Part shown: one piece after another, positions 45,766-58,695 of the stretch
How positions within the stretch are numbered: position 1 is the first letter of the stretch
How the letters are laid out: each line of letters starts with the position of its first letter
Source of the DNA: Chromera velia
Taxonomy: Eukaryota
NCBI GenBank assembly: GCA_018398765.1
Contig: JAHBMJ010000266.1
Coordinates: 1-64,000 of the forward strand
Direction: 5' to 3'
Length of the DNA: 64,000 nucleotides
Notes under the pieces: generated by a model
What the model was told of the DNA's origin: nothing
The model's input: the letters and a program-made list of their open reading frames with translations, nothing else
Databases searched by the model: none
Translations under genes and position numbers: made by a program

Positions 45766-48700
45766 ATGAGAGTCTGTGTTTCCCTGTGTCTACTTGTATC
45801 ACTGCCTGTAGTGAGCTGTTTGGAAAGAGTCCTGTCTGGAATCCGACAGAGATCAGACGAACAACAGGAGCCGAATAAAGGTCAGACACTTTGTATTACA
45901 GCTACAATATTTGTCTTTCTCACCTCCACCTGGCTGACTGAAGGCACTAACTGTCCATCCTGTACGTTTGGATCGTTTGAATTCGCAGAATGGACTCAAG
46001 GTTTCTTCCCGCTCGCTCTGCTCCGTACATGCATAGAGTTCAGGTTCGATGGGTCGAAATTTTACGCCTAGTCCCACCTTCTCAGGTTTCTCCAAGCCCC
46101 TGAGGGATCACGCAACGTACCTCTACTATCTCCTCCTTTCATCTTTCCCACTGCAGGTTCTCTCTTCACTATTTTGAGCAGCGCAAATGAAGAAGGAGAC
46201 TCCAGCTTACAAGGAAGTGAAAGTAAAGGTCCAATCGAAACGACGGCCTATGGAGTTGCGTGTGAGGACAGAGGTCATGTGGTAGTGCCGTTTCTGGACA
46301 CAGAGGCGTCTCGGAGCCTGTTTCCTCAGGGCTTCTCCTGCCGGGCCCCCGTGCACACAGATGCCGTCTCTGCCTCTTCTATCGACTGTACGACGTCCTT
46401 GTCCGACCTTCAGAAAGCCGGGGGGGAGGGGGAGATGCCACCAGAGCTGCTGGGCCTGCGTGTTGCAGATGTTTGCCCTCACTCCTGCGGCCTCTGTGAG
46501 AGTCAGTCGGACTCCATCCAGGCACACAGTGAGAGTAGGGCAGATAGGCAGACACACAGGTACCAAGGCAGGTAGCCAGGGAGGCAAGAAGGCAAGGGGC
46601 AGGCAGGCAATCACAAAGGTTCGGAGGCTACGGAGAGACGAAAAGGTCAAGTAAATAAAGGAATTTTCAAAGAAGAGTGAAGAAAGGTGTTCGCGCTTTT
46701 GCGACGTGTATCTGGCTGCTGTCTGTTTGCACCATGCCCGTCTGTGTTTAAAAAAGAGGAGAAGTGCTGCCGTTCACTTCTTTTCTTTTTGTTGCTGCCA
46801 TGTGTTCTTCCTTTGCAGTTGCATCAGCGTGCATACCGCAACTCGAAGGCTTTTTCGGTAGAGCTTCAACTGACTTTTTTGTTCCAACGATCCCGACTTT
46901 CCACGAACTCATATTATACATCTATGTTTCTCTTCTTTGCAGCCTGTGCTGCTGGGTGTGCTCTCTGGTTTTTGGGGAATGGGGTTTGCGATGAGTCCTG
47001 CCTGACTCCTGCATGTGCTTTCGACGGTGGAGACTGCTGGGCTGAGGACTGCGAGGTGGGAACGTGGGGGGGCTGGAGCTCTTGCAGCGTTTCGTGTGGG
47101 GGGCCAGGGGAGCAGAGAAGGTCACGGGAAGTTGTGAGGAGAAACAGGAACGGGGGGAGGGAGTGTCCTTTGGTGGAGGAGGTCAAAAAGGGGTGCAACC
47201 AGGAAGTGCCCCCATGCGGTCAGTCACAAACATAGTCAATTAAGCAGTCAGGCAGGAAGTCAAGCAGGGATTCAGGCAGCAAGGGAGCACACCGTGCAGG
47301 TAGTCGAGTGATGACGTTGAGTCAATTGGACCATCATTCTGCTGCTTTGGAGGAGCGTGTAGGTGTTTGCGTAATGAGTGAGTGGTGCGTAAAAGCGGAT
47401 ACTATGTACAAAGAGGCAAGGCTGCATATGTGTACATCTGAAATTTGGCTGAGTTTCTGAGTGAAGGAAGTCTGTGCGATTGCACTTTGTGGGAAGGAAT
47501 CTTCTTGGTCGAGACTCAATCCTCGCCATCGTTCACACACTTTCTGCATAAATCTTCGTGATGTTTATTTTGTTTGTGCAGATGAGAGTGTCACGAAGCG
47601 GCGGTTGATTGAAGACTGTCAGGTCACACCCTGGGGGGGTTGGTCTTCTTGTTCGAAGAGTTGCGACGGGGGGGTCCAAATGAGGGAGAGGAGGGTAATC
47701 AACCTAGGCCTTCCCTCTGGCCAGCCATGCCCAGAACTGACTGAAAGAAGGGGGTGTGGACTGCAAAGATGCCCTGACAGTGGGTGTGAAGACGATCCGA
47801 ATCTGAAGGATGATACGGGGGTGGGGTGTCGAACTCTGAAGATCTTCATAGGGTGTGAGAGGAATATGAAGGAATTGGCAGAGTCCAGAGGGGAGGTCTT
47901 CCCTGATGACCTCCCACCAGAAACCCAAGTCTGGGATGCCTGTCCAGACACTTGCGATGTTTGTGATGAATGCGCCCCGGGGTGTCAGCTGAGAGACTTG
48001 GGAAACTGGCACTGCACACAGGACTGTAACGTCCCTGCATGTGATTTTGATCAGGGTGACTGTGACCAAATAGAAGAAGCACCTGTTGTTCAGCAGCCCC
48101 CCCTTTCTCAAAGTTCGGCAGGAGGTGCACAGAGTGGTCCTCCTGGGAGCACTGTCTGTCCTCAGGTCCCCCCCATGACTTTTGTTGACAACCAATGCAT
48201 GCCCTGTATGGATCTCCAGAGAGTCCAGAAAGAGACTGGCCTCGCCTGTTCTACCCTCAAGAACATGGTCGGGTGCGAGTTCTTCCTCTCAAATGCGGGC
48301 ATTTCTCTCCCACCCGATCTTCCCCCCGAAACTCAACTGCTTCACCTTTGCCCCCAGACCTGTGACTTCTGCACTGAGAGCTGTGCTGTCGGGTGCCCTG
48401 ACTGGTTCCGGGGGAACTCCGTGTGTGACCCCGGGTGCAACAAGCCATCGTGTCTGTGGGACAACGGAGATTGTGACCCGGCTGCAGCACCCCCACCCAC
48501 CGCCACCACCACCACAACAACAACAACAACCACTACCACCACGACTACTACTACTACTACTACCACCACCACAACAACCACTACTACCACTACCACTACC
48601 ACTACCACTACCACAACCACAACCACCACGACTACGCAGACCGCCGGGACGGTCGTGTTGTCTGCCAGTAACGGCAGGCCGGTCCCCTGCCCAGAGTTCC

Positions 48701-50946
48701 CCTCCATGACTCTCATTGAGGGAAGGTGCCAGCCCTGCGACGATCTTCCCAAAGTCCAGCAAAGGCTCGGCCTCTCCTGTGGAGACTTGAAGGGTATGCT
48801 TGGATGTGACTTTTGGATGAGCACCTCGGGCGTACCCATCCCCAGCGAGCTTCCTGCAGATCCAAAGCTCCTCCATTTCTGCCCTCACACCTGCAGTCAG
48901 TGCTCTGAGAGCTGTGCCGTCGGGTGTCCTGACTGGTTCCGAGGGAACTCCGTGTGCGACCCCGGGTGCAACAACGCAGCCTGCCGATGGGACAACGGAG
49001 ACTGTGAACCAGTTGCGACACCCCCACCCCCACCTACCACCACCACCACTATGCCTTTCACTACCACCGCTATGCGAGGCGTCCGACCCACCCCTGCTTC
49101 CACCACCTCCCGGGACAGTGTGTTTGCTTTTTTTGGCGGGGGGCAACAGGGGCGCGTCTCTAGTCAGTGTCCCCAGAACCCCCCCATGACTTTGCTTGAG
49201 GGAGAATGCCTAACATGCGAAGATCTCCCCCGAGTCCGACAGAGACTCGGACTCTCATGCTCAACTGTCAAAGGCATGTTGGGCTGTGACTTTTCTATGG
49301 CAACCTCAGGAGTTCCCATTCCCAGCGAGCTTCCCGTAGACTCCAAACTTTTCCACCTCTGCCCCCAGACCTGTAACCACTGTGCTGAGAGTTGCTCCGT
49401 CGGTTGTCCTGATTGGTTCCGAGGTAACTCGGTCTGCGATCCAGGGTGCAACAACGCCGCATGTCTGTGGGACAACGGAGATTGTGACCCGGCTGCGATG
49501 CCTATCACTACCACTACCACCACCACCACTACTACCGAAATCGAGAGGATTGCGGTTTTCTTTAGCAGTACCGGGAGGGGTGTGTCCTGCTCCCAGACCC
49601 CCCCCACGACTTTCCTTGAGGACAGTTGTATGCCCTGTGAAGATCTCCCCAGAGTCCAGCAAAGGATGAGTCTCTCCTGCTCGAGGCTGAAGGACATTCT
49701 GGGTTGTGAGTTCTCCATGAGCTCTTCGGGAGTCTCAGTTCCTCCGGGTCTTCCTGCAGACACCCGACTGCTCCACCTCTGCCCCCAGACCTGTAACCAG
49801 TGCTCTGAGAACTGTGCTGTCGGGTGTCCTGACTGGTTCCGAGGGAACTCCGTGTGCGACCCTGGGTGCAACAACCCATCGTGTCTGTGGGACAACGGAG
49901 ATTGTGACCCTGCTGCAGCACCTCCACCCACCACCACAACCACCACCACCACCACCACAACAACAACAACAACCACTACAACTACCACCACCACTACCAC
50001 TACTACCACCACCACCACCACCACGACCACTTCCACCACCACAACCAGCACCAGCAGCACAACTACAAGACCCCCCCCCCTAAATACGAGGCCCTTCCCA
50101 TCCACAACTGCCGATGCAAGCACCCAGCCAGTGACATCTGAGCTCGTCGGGAGTACAAACGATAAACCCGTGACGGTGATAGAGGGAATCGAATACAGGT
50201 GTGAGGACTTCTCAGAAGTCGAGAAGCTCTCGGGCTTCTCATGCACTCTGCTGTCTAACCTCGTCCACAAGCAGTGTTCCTTCGAGCTCTCTCAAATCAG
50301 TGCACAGATACGCATGCCGGACAAACTCCCCAAAGACGCTACGCTCTCCACAGTCTGCCCAGAGACTTGCGGCCTCTGTGAGGAAAAATGCACCCCTGGG
50401 TGTCCGGTCTGGTTTCTCGGCAACGGATCATGTGACAAGGGTTGCAACAACCCAGAGTGTGATTTTGACGAAGGAGACTGTGAGGGAATCACTCCTGAGG
50501 ATCGGGGTTGCAGAGACAGCCCACTGGTAGAACAGTATGGGTTCTCTTGTTCAGCAGTGGTGGCTTTCGCTCCTCTCATGTGCAGTAAATCACTAGGTGA
50601 GATTGTCGGAGATTCACTAGGAGACGACGGCCTTGGAGGGTTCCACCCGTCCCTTCGCATTCGAGACGCCTGCCCAATGAGTTGCAAGGCCTGCTATCCT
50701 TTTGATGACATCCCCCCAGATGCCGACCTCTCCCAATGCCAAGACTCAGATGCCGTCGTGTTGCTGGAACAAACTTGTGGGTCTCTGAAGGACAAAGCAG
50801 AAACTTCAGGTCCAACAGGATGCAACACCCCTCTGAAAACCCTTTTGCCTCAAAGTCAACAAATGCCTCCATGGCTCCGTACCGACACGAGGCTCCGTGA
50901 TGTTTGCAGACGGACCTGCGGTTTTTGCCAACTACCGACAGAGTAG
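45766..50946 (+). CDS. Secreted multidomain protein with 2 TSP1 repeats, 6 LNR (Lin12/Notch) repeats, ShK-like six-Cys modules and Thr-rich mucin tracts. Exons 45766-45880, 46157-46501, 46943-47218, 47582-50946
   Basis: Signal peptide MRVCVSLCLLVSLPVVSC. Three phase-1 GTCAG...GCAG introns join the exons in frame. WGGWSSCS.SC..G...R.R (TSP1), CPDWFRGNSVCDPGCN...C.WDNGDC (LNR) and poly-Thr. Further 3' exons not excluded. Confidence 0.85.
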
Positions 50947-52731
50947 AGTCCAACCTTTGACCTGATAGTAGAGTGTGTTTGTTTGATTCATATCTGTATT
51001 ACCACCCGCTCACCTTCAATTTCTTACCTTTCCTTCCTCTCATTCACTTCCTGCTCTCCATTCTTTTTTTGTCTGCGTCCGATAGAACCGTTTCGATTTT
51101 TTTTGGCTGTCGGCTTTCCGCTCTTGCTTGTCATTCCTGAAGTCGACGTATGTCATGATTTCGTCCGTCCTAGCGTCCGTCTCGACTAATTTTGTCTGAC
51201 ACTCCTACTGATCCTTTCCATCTGTCCAGTCACCCTTTCAAATCCTCAGCGCTGGCAAATCGATGCAGATCGCTCAGCAGTTATTCTTTCTTTCGTTTGT
51301 TCCTGCCATCTGCCCCTTTGTTTTTGAGATTTTTTTCTCGACCAGTTGTGCCTTTTCTTTCCTTCTGTCCCGTTCCTCCTCTCTTCCTTCCTTCCTTCCT
51401 TCCTTCCTTCCTTCCGTCGTTTATTTATTCCTTCCTTCCCTTCTTCCTTCGATCACCGCTTTCTCTTCCTTTCCTCCCGGCTTGCCCTCAGGCTTTGTTC
51501 CTGAGGCTTCTTTCTCCATTCTTTCTCCCCCTCTTTTTCTCCGAATGAATCTAAATCCTGTTTTTCTGTACTCATTCTAAGTGTCACTCATTGCAATCGA
51601 CTCGATCTTTCGTTTTTTTTTTCACTTTATTTATAGATACATGATTCATATTTGAAGTACGTATGGTTATTTTTTTTGTTTTGATACAGATAGTGTATAA
51701 TACTATTATACTAGTACTATTACTAAACTTATTTCCTAGCTTATTTCATTATGATCATGATATATTATGATCATTATTGTCTTCATCATATGTCATTGCT
51801 TTTAGCTTGTTTCTAGGCTTTAGCGTTTAGCCGCTTCAACCATGACTTTGGCGCTAGCTTTAGTGCCAATACACAAAGCAGTTTTACTTCTATATACAAT
51901 AGTGTTGAATTCAATCAGATTCACTAAATTACTCTGGACACTCTCTTTCAAACTCTGTCACCTTAGGTGTAGCGAGCTTATGTTTAGGCTCCCACCATCT
52001 CAGAGCCTCTGACGGATCGATGCATATGTGGAATGAATGCATAAAAAAATAAATTAAGTATATTACATTGATCTAAACATTCATCTATAGGCTAAAATTA
52101 TAGTGGAATAGTGGAATAGTCCACTATTTCTATCCCCTAATAGTTAATAGTGGGAATAGTGACTATTCCCTATTCCAATTATAAAAAATAGTAGACTATT
52201 CCCACTATTCTAACATTTATGAACCTTATTTAAAAATAGTGACTATTCTCAGTATTCCTGCCGATGCTTTAGTGATATTCTCACTATTCCTGCCAAAACG
52301 AAGGTGACTATTCTCACTATTCCTGTCAAAACGAAGGTGACTATTCTCACTATTCAAAATACAGTCAACAAAAGATTCGACCTAGAGGAGACATCCAAGT
52401 GATCATAAAGAGACTTCAAAGTTAGATTTGGAACTGTCCCTCCCCAAACCGTGAACACTGGTACTGCTTAAAGATCCGTGTCCAGCGTTGCCTCTCCGTC
52501 AGACATCTATGAGTCGGTTTGTATAGATATAGTTGACTATTTCAACTATAGCTATATATCTATAGTTTATAGTCATAATAGTCACTATTTACTATAATTA
52601 TAGTTTGAAATAGTAAACTATTTCAACTATTTTTCATACTGACAAAAATAGTCCACAATAATAACTATAACAAGTCATAATAGTCGACTATACCAACTAT
52701 TTCAACTATTCTAACAGTTCATTCATACAAC

Positions 52732-53214
52732 TCAGTCCTCATCCAAATCGAGACCAAAGAGGTCTTCAGGCTTCTCTTCCTCCCCACTGGCTGCTGCTGC
52801 AGCGCCTCCCTCTTTCTTTGCTTCCACAAAGACCCCAAACCTCGCAAGGCAAGACCTGATATAGAAAATTGGTTCAGCAAAAGGGGAGACAAGAGAAGGA
52901 TGAATTTTGTTTTCACTTTGAAGTCGAGAAACCAATTCTTCCCTCTCGTCATCGTCCATCTCGAATACTTTCACTTTCTCTAATTCTGCTCGCCCCCCAA
53001 AAACGAACTCGACAAGAGAAGTGTAGTCAGCAGCACGGCCTTTCAGCACAGTAGCCGTAAAGCGCTCTCTCTTCAAGATAAACTCCATGCCAGCTAGGGT
53101 GTGGGCAACCTCACTGATCGTGACGTGCTGGAACGCTTCCAGCTTGGCACCCTTGCGCAAAATGGGTTCCCCCTTTTCCCCCTCAGCCAGAATCGGGTTG
53201 ATCATCTCCTGCAT
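52732..53214 (-). CDS. Hypothetical 160-aa protein with acidic tail, inside the TIR element
   Basis: ATG-started intact ORF forming a GC-rich island within AT-rich arrays. No family recognised. Confidence 0.45.
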   Translation of the reverse strand: MQEMINPILAEGEKGEPILRKGAKLEAFQHVTISEVAHTLAGMEFILKRERFTATVLKGRAADYTSLVEFVFGGRAELEKVKVFEMDDDEREELVSRLQSENKIHPSLVSPFAEPIFYIRSCLARFGVFVEAKKEGGAAAAASGEEEKPEDLFGLDLDED

Positions 53215-53463
53215 GGTTCACCTCGGAAAACCCTACGATAGTCTACTATTTTGACTATTCTCAACTAAAATAGTTAGAACAGTGAGGTTTGACTAATAAA
53301 ATAGTGGGAATAGTGGATTTTCACTGGAAAAATAGTGGGAATAGTGGATTTTCACTAGAAAAATAGTGGGAATAGTGGGTTTTTACTAGTGGAATAGTGG
53401 GAATAGTGGGTTTTTACTAGAAAAATAGTGGGAATAGTGGACTATTCTTACTATTCCCGGGTA

Positions 53464-54109
53464 AAGCTGAAAAAAGGTGCATAAGGTGCTGGTGCTGGTG
53501 CAAAAACAAGTTTGCACCTTAAATCAGGTTCAAAACAGGTGCAAAATAAGGTGTACCGTTTACCCTATAAAAACTAGGTTTCTAGGGTTGATTTCTAGTG
53601 TTTCTAACGGCCAAAAGGCACCTTAATCAAGGCCTAAAAGCTTTTTATGATATAGATTTGCTACATTGATTTTTACTATGCAAAACAACTTAAAATGTCA
53701 CTAGAAATATCAGTGAAAAGGCGATAAAAAGCAAAAATAAAAAAAATAATAATTAAAGACTATATGTCTCTGACTGTCTCATGACTTCGGTCTCTTTCTG
53801 GGTTTCTTTTCTCAATTTAAGCAACGTTTTTCACCTGTCCAATGTTTGAATATGTTTAGCGCCGGTTGTTTGCTGCACTGTAGTCCAGTTCTGTCCCCAT
53901 ACGGTCCATAAAACCTTTAAACTGCATCATGCCCCTTTGGAGCAAACTTATGAAGAAAGCAACCACAAATGGTGCATTTTCATGAAAAAGAAAAAGAACT
54001 TCAAGAAAGAATGAAACAAAACAGGTGCATCTGGTGTAAAACAGGTGCATCTGGTGTAACTTCTTAGACTAAGTTTGCACCTTTTCTGAGGTGCACCTTT
54101 TCCAAGCCT
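53464..54109. mobile_element. MITE-like insertion with TA target duplication
   Basis: TIRs AAGCTGAAAAAAGGTGCA and (rc) AGGCTTGGAAAAGGTGCA. TA at 53462-53463 and 54110-54111. Confidence 0.65.
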
Positions 54110-56890
54110 TACTATTCCGACTATTCTACTCCAACTTTTAGCCCATAGATGTTGATATGCTAAAGACAGATATTTGTTCTCATATTTCTTTTATCAGTGG
54201 CATTAAGTGGCTTGGTACTGGGCTTGGCATGGCCTAGGCCATGGCTGGCAAACAACCTTCTACAAGTGAAAATAACGCATGCGCCTAAGCATGCGCAAGC
54301 CTTATTTTTGTGTTTAACGGCTTTAACAGCTTCAATTCATTCATTCAATTCATTTTTTTTTTAATTTTTTTTTCTTTTTAGATTTTTTATAGGCAATATA
54401 GTTAGGTGTGTTGCACTGTTGCATAGATAACTAGATGGAAGGTCAAGAATGACTAAGAAGCGGACCTAGGAAGCGGACATGCTAGGAACGGATCTTAAAA
54501 TTTAATGTATTGCCCCTCCATAGAAACAATTTCTAAAATAACCATTCTAGACCATATTTCTGAATGATTCTCTAATGCTGCTTGCTTGATGGACTATCAG
54601 AAGGAAAATTATAGCAGCCAACGTTTGCCAAAACTGGTTCTGGGGGCTCCAAGTCTCCCTCGGTGGAACCTCTCGCCAAGCAGTTCTTGTCTTCCCCCGG
54701 GGTAGTTTTCCGTCCTTTGTTGTACGCTATTGTTGGAGGGGGGGCAAACCATGGGGGGAGGGTTGAATCAATTTGTAAAGATTGTGAAGAAAAAAGTGGG
54801 GAGAAATTGATTGACGACCTGATTTACCGTCTGACAACTTATGTCGAAACGGAGGTGCCGCGAGGGAGATTGAGTGATCTTTGGTATAGGCGATTGTGTG
54901 ATATCCTACTTAAGCACACCAGGAGCCGCGGGAGGCGGCGGGCCTTACAGCCATTTAGACTGGCCGCGGGCGCCTAGGGCTGCCCGCGGGCAAAGCAATG
55001 GGATTAAGTCTACAACTGCGGATTGCTTGGCAGGGGGCCAAGGCCGCGCGAAGTAGGCCGCGCAGGACCAGGGCCCCGGAACAAATCGATGTGCCCAGGC
55101 ATGCCGCGAGGAAACAACGTAGCGGGCCTAATTTATGTGGTTCCACTGATTTTTGTGGTGGCGATTAAATACACGCGCGTCCCCAACCGGATCCATGCTT
55201 GGGAGACGCGGCGTCTCTTTCTACATGCTGTCCTGTCCAGAATCAGAGAGAAAACAGAGGAGATTCCAATTGTTGTGGTCGAAAGCCAGGACAAAAAAGG
55301 AGACGGGGCAGTCTCTGACGTCTCCTGCGTTAGCCATGCGCGATTAGATTGAGTGGAAGCTAGCGAATAGATCGAGATTGAATCGAGTCGAGTGGTAGGG
55401 AGCTCTAGTTGTTGCTGAGAGAATTTGAACCTTAAGCCTGTCTTGAAGTGAACTTTCTGGCCAGTCCTTTAGCTTCTGTCCTCAGACCAGCTTAGCCTTG
55501 AGCCACCTCTGTGCGGCGCCCAGTAGCACAGAACATTTGGTGACGCCAGGCTCCAAAGAACAGCGAGCAACCTTTCTGTGCGGAGCGACCCTCTCCTTGC
55601 CGTCTCCTCCTTCCACTGCGTTGGTCAGCCTACCTTTTCCCTTCCTGCCTGCATCCCTGCAACTCCTTCGGCTGTATACAGCTCTGTGGGACTCTTGCAG
55701 CCTTGCAAGCGACAGATAGTCAGCCAGGTAGCGACAGAAAGCGCCAGAAAGCCAATCTGTGTGACTGACGAAATTTCTTGACATCCGTCTCCACCCTTTG
55801 CTCTGTTTGTCGGCCTGCCTTCCTCCCATTTGCCTGCATCCCTCTGATTCCTGCAGCCTTGTGCAGCGTCATAGGACCCTTGCAGAGCCTCTGTTGACGA
55901 ATTGTCAGCTGGGTGTTGGAAGTAGCGCGTCAGATCGATCGAGTCATTGAGTGTGTGACAGATAACTTCAGCGTGTGTGTACGTGTATACGAACTGCGTG
56001 TCATCACACTTCATCCTAAGCTGTGTCTAGCCCTTGGCACACTCAGGAACAGACACGTAGGCCTCTATACAATGGAGCAATCCTTGCTCATACCTCTCAC
56101 GAGACTTATATAGCAGGCTTCCTCCCACCTTCCTTATACCCATACCTCGTAGCTTTCCTATACCGATCTCTACTACACCCTTAGGGCATACTACACTTTA
56201 GAGTGCAGTCTAGCCCCATCGTCGACACCTTCACCACACGGCCGGACTTGTCCGTGACTTGTCAACTACTCCGTGAACTTCTCTAACATAGTTGCACAAG
56301 TACACTGTACCACACTGTACTACAATGTACTACACTGTACTGTACTGTACTACTGTACTATGATATCTACACTGTACTGTACTACTGTACTAGACCTTAA
56401 AAAAAAATTTCTTCTATTTCTAGCGTCCTAAGGGGTCTTTTAACCTACGTTGTCATGTCTAAGGAAAGGCTAGAGGAAAGGTAAAATATTAAAAATAAAC
56501 AGGAATAATTTTTTAGAATGATTTCAAAACTTTTAAGAAAGAATAGATAGAAAAACACTGTGTATAATCTTGCACAGGAGGGATCATCAGTTAAATTAAT
56601 ATCTCGTAATTTAAATTGAACACTAATTTCTTTAAAAACAGAATAAATCAGAATATATTACAATATAATACAACACACAATTAAATTTAATAATAATTAA
56701 ATATAACCAGATGCAATATGCAGTGAGTGCAACATCCCAAGTTGAATTACTGCAACACTCATGTAACACTAATGCAACATCATGCAACACTAATGCAATA
56801 CTGCAACACATATATGCAGCACTATAACAGATTTATACAACACTTACGGAATTTTCCGACACTTGCAGAAAATTCCACACTTACGGAAAA

Positions 56891-58695
56891 TTCCGACGTT
56901 TACGGAAAATTCCGACTTACGGAAAATTCCGATTTGCGGAGAATTCTGACTGGTGGAAAATTCCGACATATGCAGATTTAGTAACATGTGGAATTTTCCG
57001 CACATGTGAAAAACCAAAACTCGGATAAAAAGTTTGGTAGCACCTCAGTGACAGATTCCAGAGAGTGATTGAATCGACTATCGAAAAATTCCGCAACTCG
57101 TTCATTCAGGTCTTTGACAGTTAAAATCAACTAGAGAAACTCTCGGGACTTAGGTGACTTTGACTGATCAACAAACTCTGCATCAAAAACCTTCAAATAC
57201 TGTGCAATTCATCAATACCTGCATCAGTGAATACCGATTTGAACTGGACTCCGCCCTCCTGTCCAAGATTCTGCTCTACCCGGTCGACAAGAAGTCGACA
57301 AGTAGAATGGAACACGTGGTGACGCCCTTGCGAGAGTCAACCCTTCTGATCTGGAGTCAGATAACCAAGACAAGCACAGACCAGACCACGAAGTGCTGCA
57401 GGAATCTCAAGCAACCCAGAGTCGGACAAGTTGGACTTGAACAGGAAGAGAACCAGAGACAAGCACAGACCAGACCACGAAGTGCTGCAGGAATTTCAAG
57501 TAACGCAGAGTCGGACAAGTTGGACCTAAACAGGAAGAGAACTAGAGACAAACACAGACCTGACCACGAAGTGCTGCAGGAATCTCAAAGCAACCCAGAG
57601 TCAGACACGCTGGACTTGAACAGAAGAGGAAACCAAGAGCAAAAACGGATTTTACCACGAAGTGCTGCCAAAATTTGAAAACACCTGCAGAAGATTCCCT
57701 TCGAAAGAAGCAGTAGTCAAACCTGTAGGCAAGATTGAGGAATGGAAGACAACCCCAGTGTCCGACGCAGTACTGTACCGACGCTCAAGAGACTATTTAA
57801 TACAGGACCTGAGAGAGAGAGCACGAGTGATTACAGAAAGGACCTTAGTAAGAAACAGCGCTTTTGCTCGAAGCACAGAAGGATTTGACATTTTCGTGCT
57901 AGACCAGTATGCTTACTCGTTCAAAGCCCACAATCGCCTGTCTGAACAGATCATCCAAGCCCTTGCCCTGGACACCACACCCCAAGAGAGAGTAATATCC
58001 ACCTATCATCAACATCTGCCTACATACATAGTACCCAAGGATCAATACGTCTGTCCAGTGACTGACTGCGCTGATTGTCGTGCAAAAAAAGCCGCCGAAG
58101 ATGCCTTCCGGAAACGTAAACGGACAAGCGAAGGTGAAAGCAAAGAAAGCGGCAATACCAAAACTGAAAGCAGCAGTAAAAGCAAAGCCGAAGGTACAGC
58201 TTAAAGTAAAAAGACTCGCAAAGGCAGCAGCGGCAAAACCCAAGATGATCAACAAACAACCTAAAGCAAAAGCCGCCCCAGAGCACGCAATACAAAAGCA
58301 GGAGGATGTGTCTCCAAATGCACCTGAACACGGCAACCCACCTCCAGCAGAGCTACCCAGTCAGATGCAGCAACTAGGGGGCACAGTATTTGAAGGTTTT
58401 TGATGCAGAGTTCGTTGATCAGTCAAAGTCACCTAAGTCCCGAGAGTTCCTCTAGTTGATTTTAACTGTCAAAGACCTGAATGAACGAGTTGCGGAATTT
58501 TTTGACAGTCGATTCAATCACTCTCTGGAATCTGTCACTGAGGTGCTACCAAACTTTTTATCCGAGTTTTGGTTTTTCATATATACGGAAAATTCCGCAT
58601 GTCACTAAATCTACATATGTCAGAATTTTCCACCAGTCGGAATTCTCCGCAAATCGGAATTTTGCGTAAGTCGGAATTTTCTATAAACGTTGGAA
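56891..58695. repeat. 315-bp inverted repeats (56891-57205 and 58381-58695) around 1.2 kb with short ORFs and a ~90-bp tandem repeat
   Basis: Arms are reverse-complementary with few mismatches and rich in CGGAAAATTCCG, a motif that recurs at 61990-62060. Confidence 0.9.
57662..58204 (+). CDS. Hypothetical ~180-aa protein between the inverted repeats
   Basis: Open frame with protein-like composition, a CPVTDCADC motif and basic RKRKR. Start uncertain. Confidence 0.3.
   Translation: MLPKFENTCRRFPSKEAVVKPVGKIEEWKTTPVSDAVLYRRSRDYLIQDLRERARVITERTLVRNSAFARSTEGFDIFVLDQYAYSFKAHNRLSEQIIQALALDTTPQERVISTYHQHLPTYIVPKDQYVCPVTDCADCRAKKAAEDAFRKRKRTSEGESKESGNTKTESSSKSKAEGTA

Larger units (their letters stand above)
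52082..54151. mobile_element. TIR element with subterminal GAATAGT/ACTATTC arrays
   Basis: Ends CATCTATAGGCTAAAA and (rc) CATCTATGGGCTAAAAG. TT lies on both flanks. No transposase recognised. Confidence 0.7.

Noticed and set aside
47461..47581. Start of the 1161-aa ORF at 47461
   Set aside because: This stretch is intronic. The acceptor at 47580-47581 joins in frame to upstream exons that supply the signal peptide.
48257..50270. Poly-Val and poly-Gly minus-strand ORFs
   Set aside because: They are antisense to the Thr-rich tracts of the TSP1/LNR gene.
55400..55510. tRNA or SINE (A-box and B-box-like motifs on the minus strand)
   Set aside because: No cloverleaf could be built and the box spacing is atypical.
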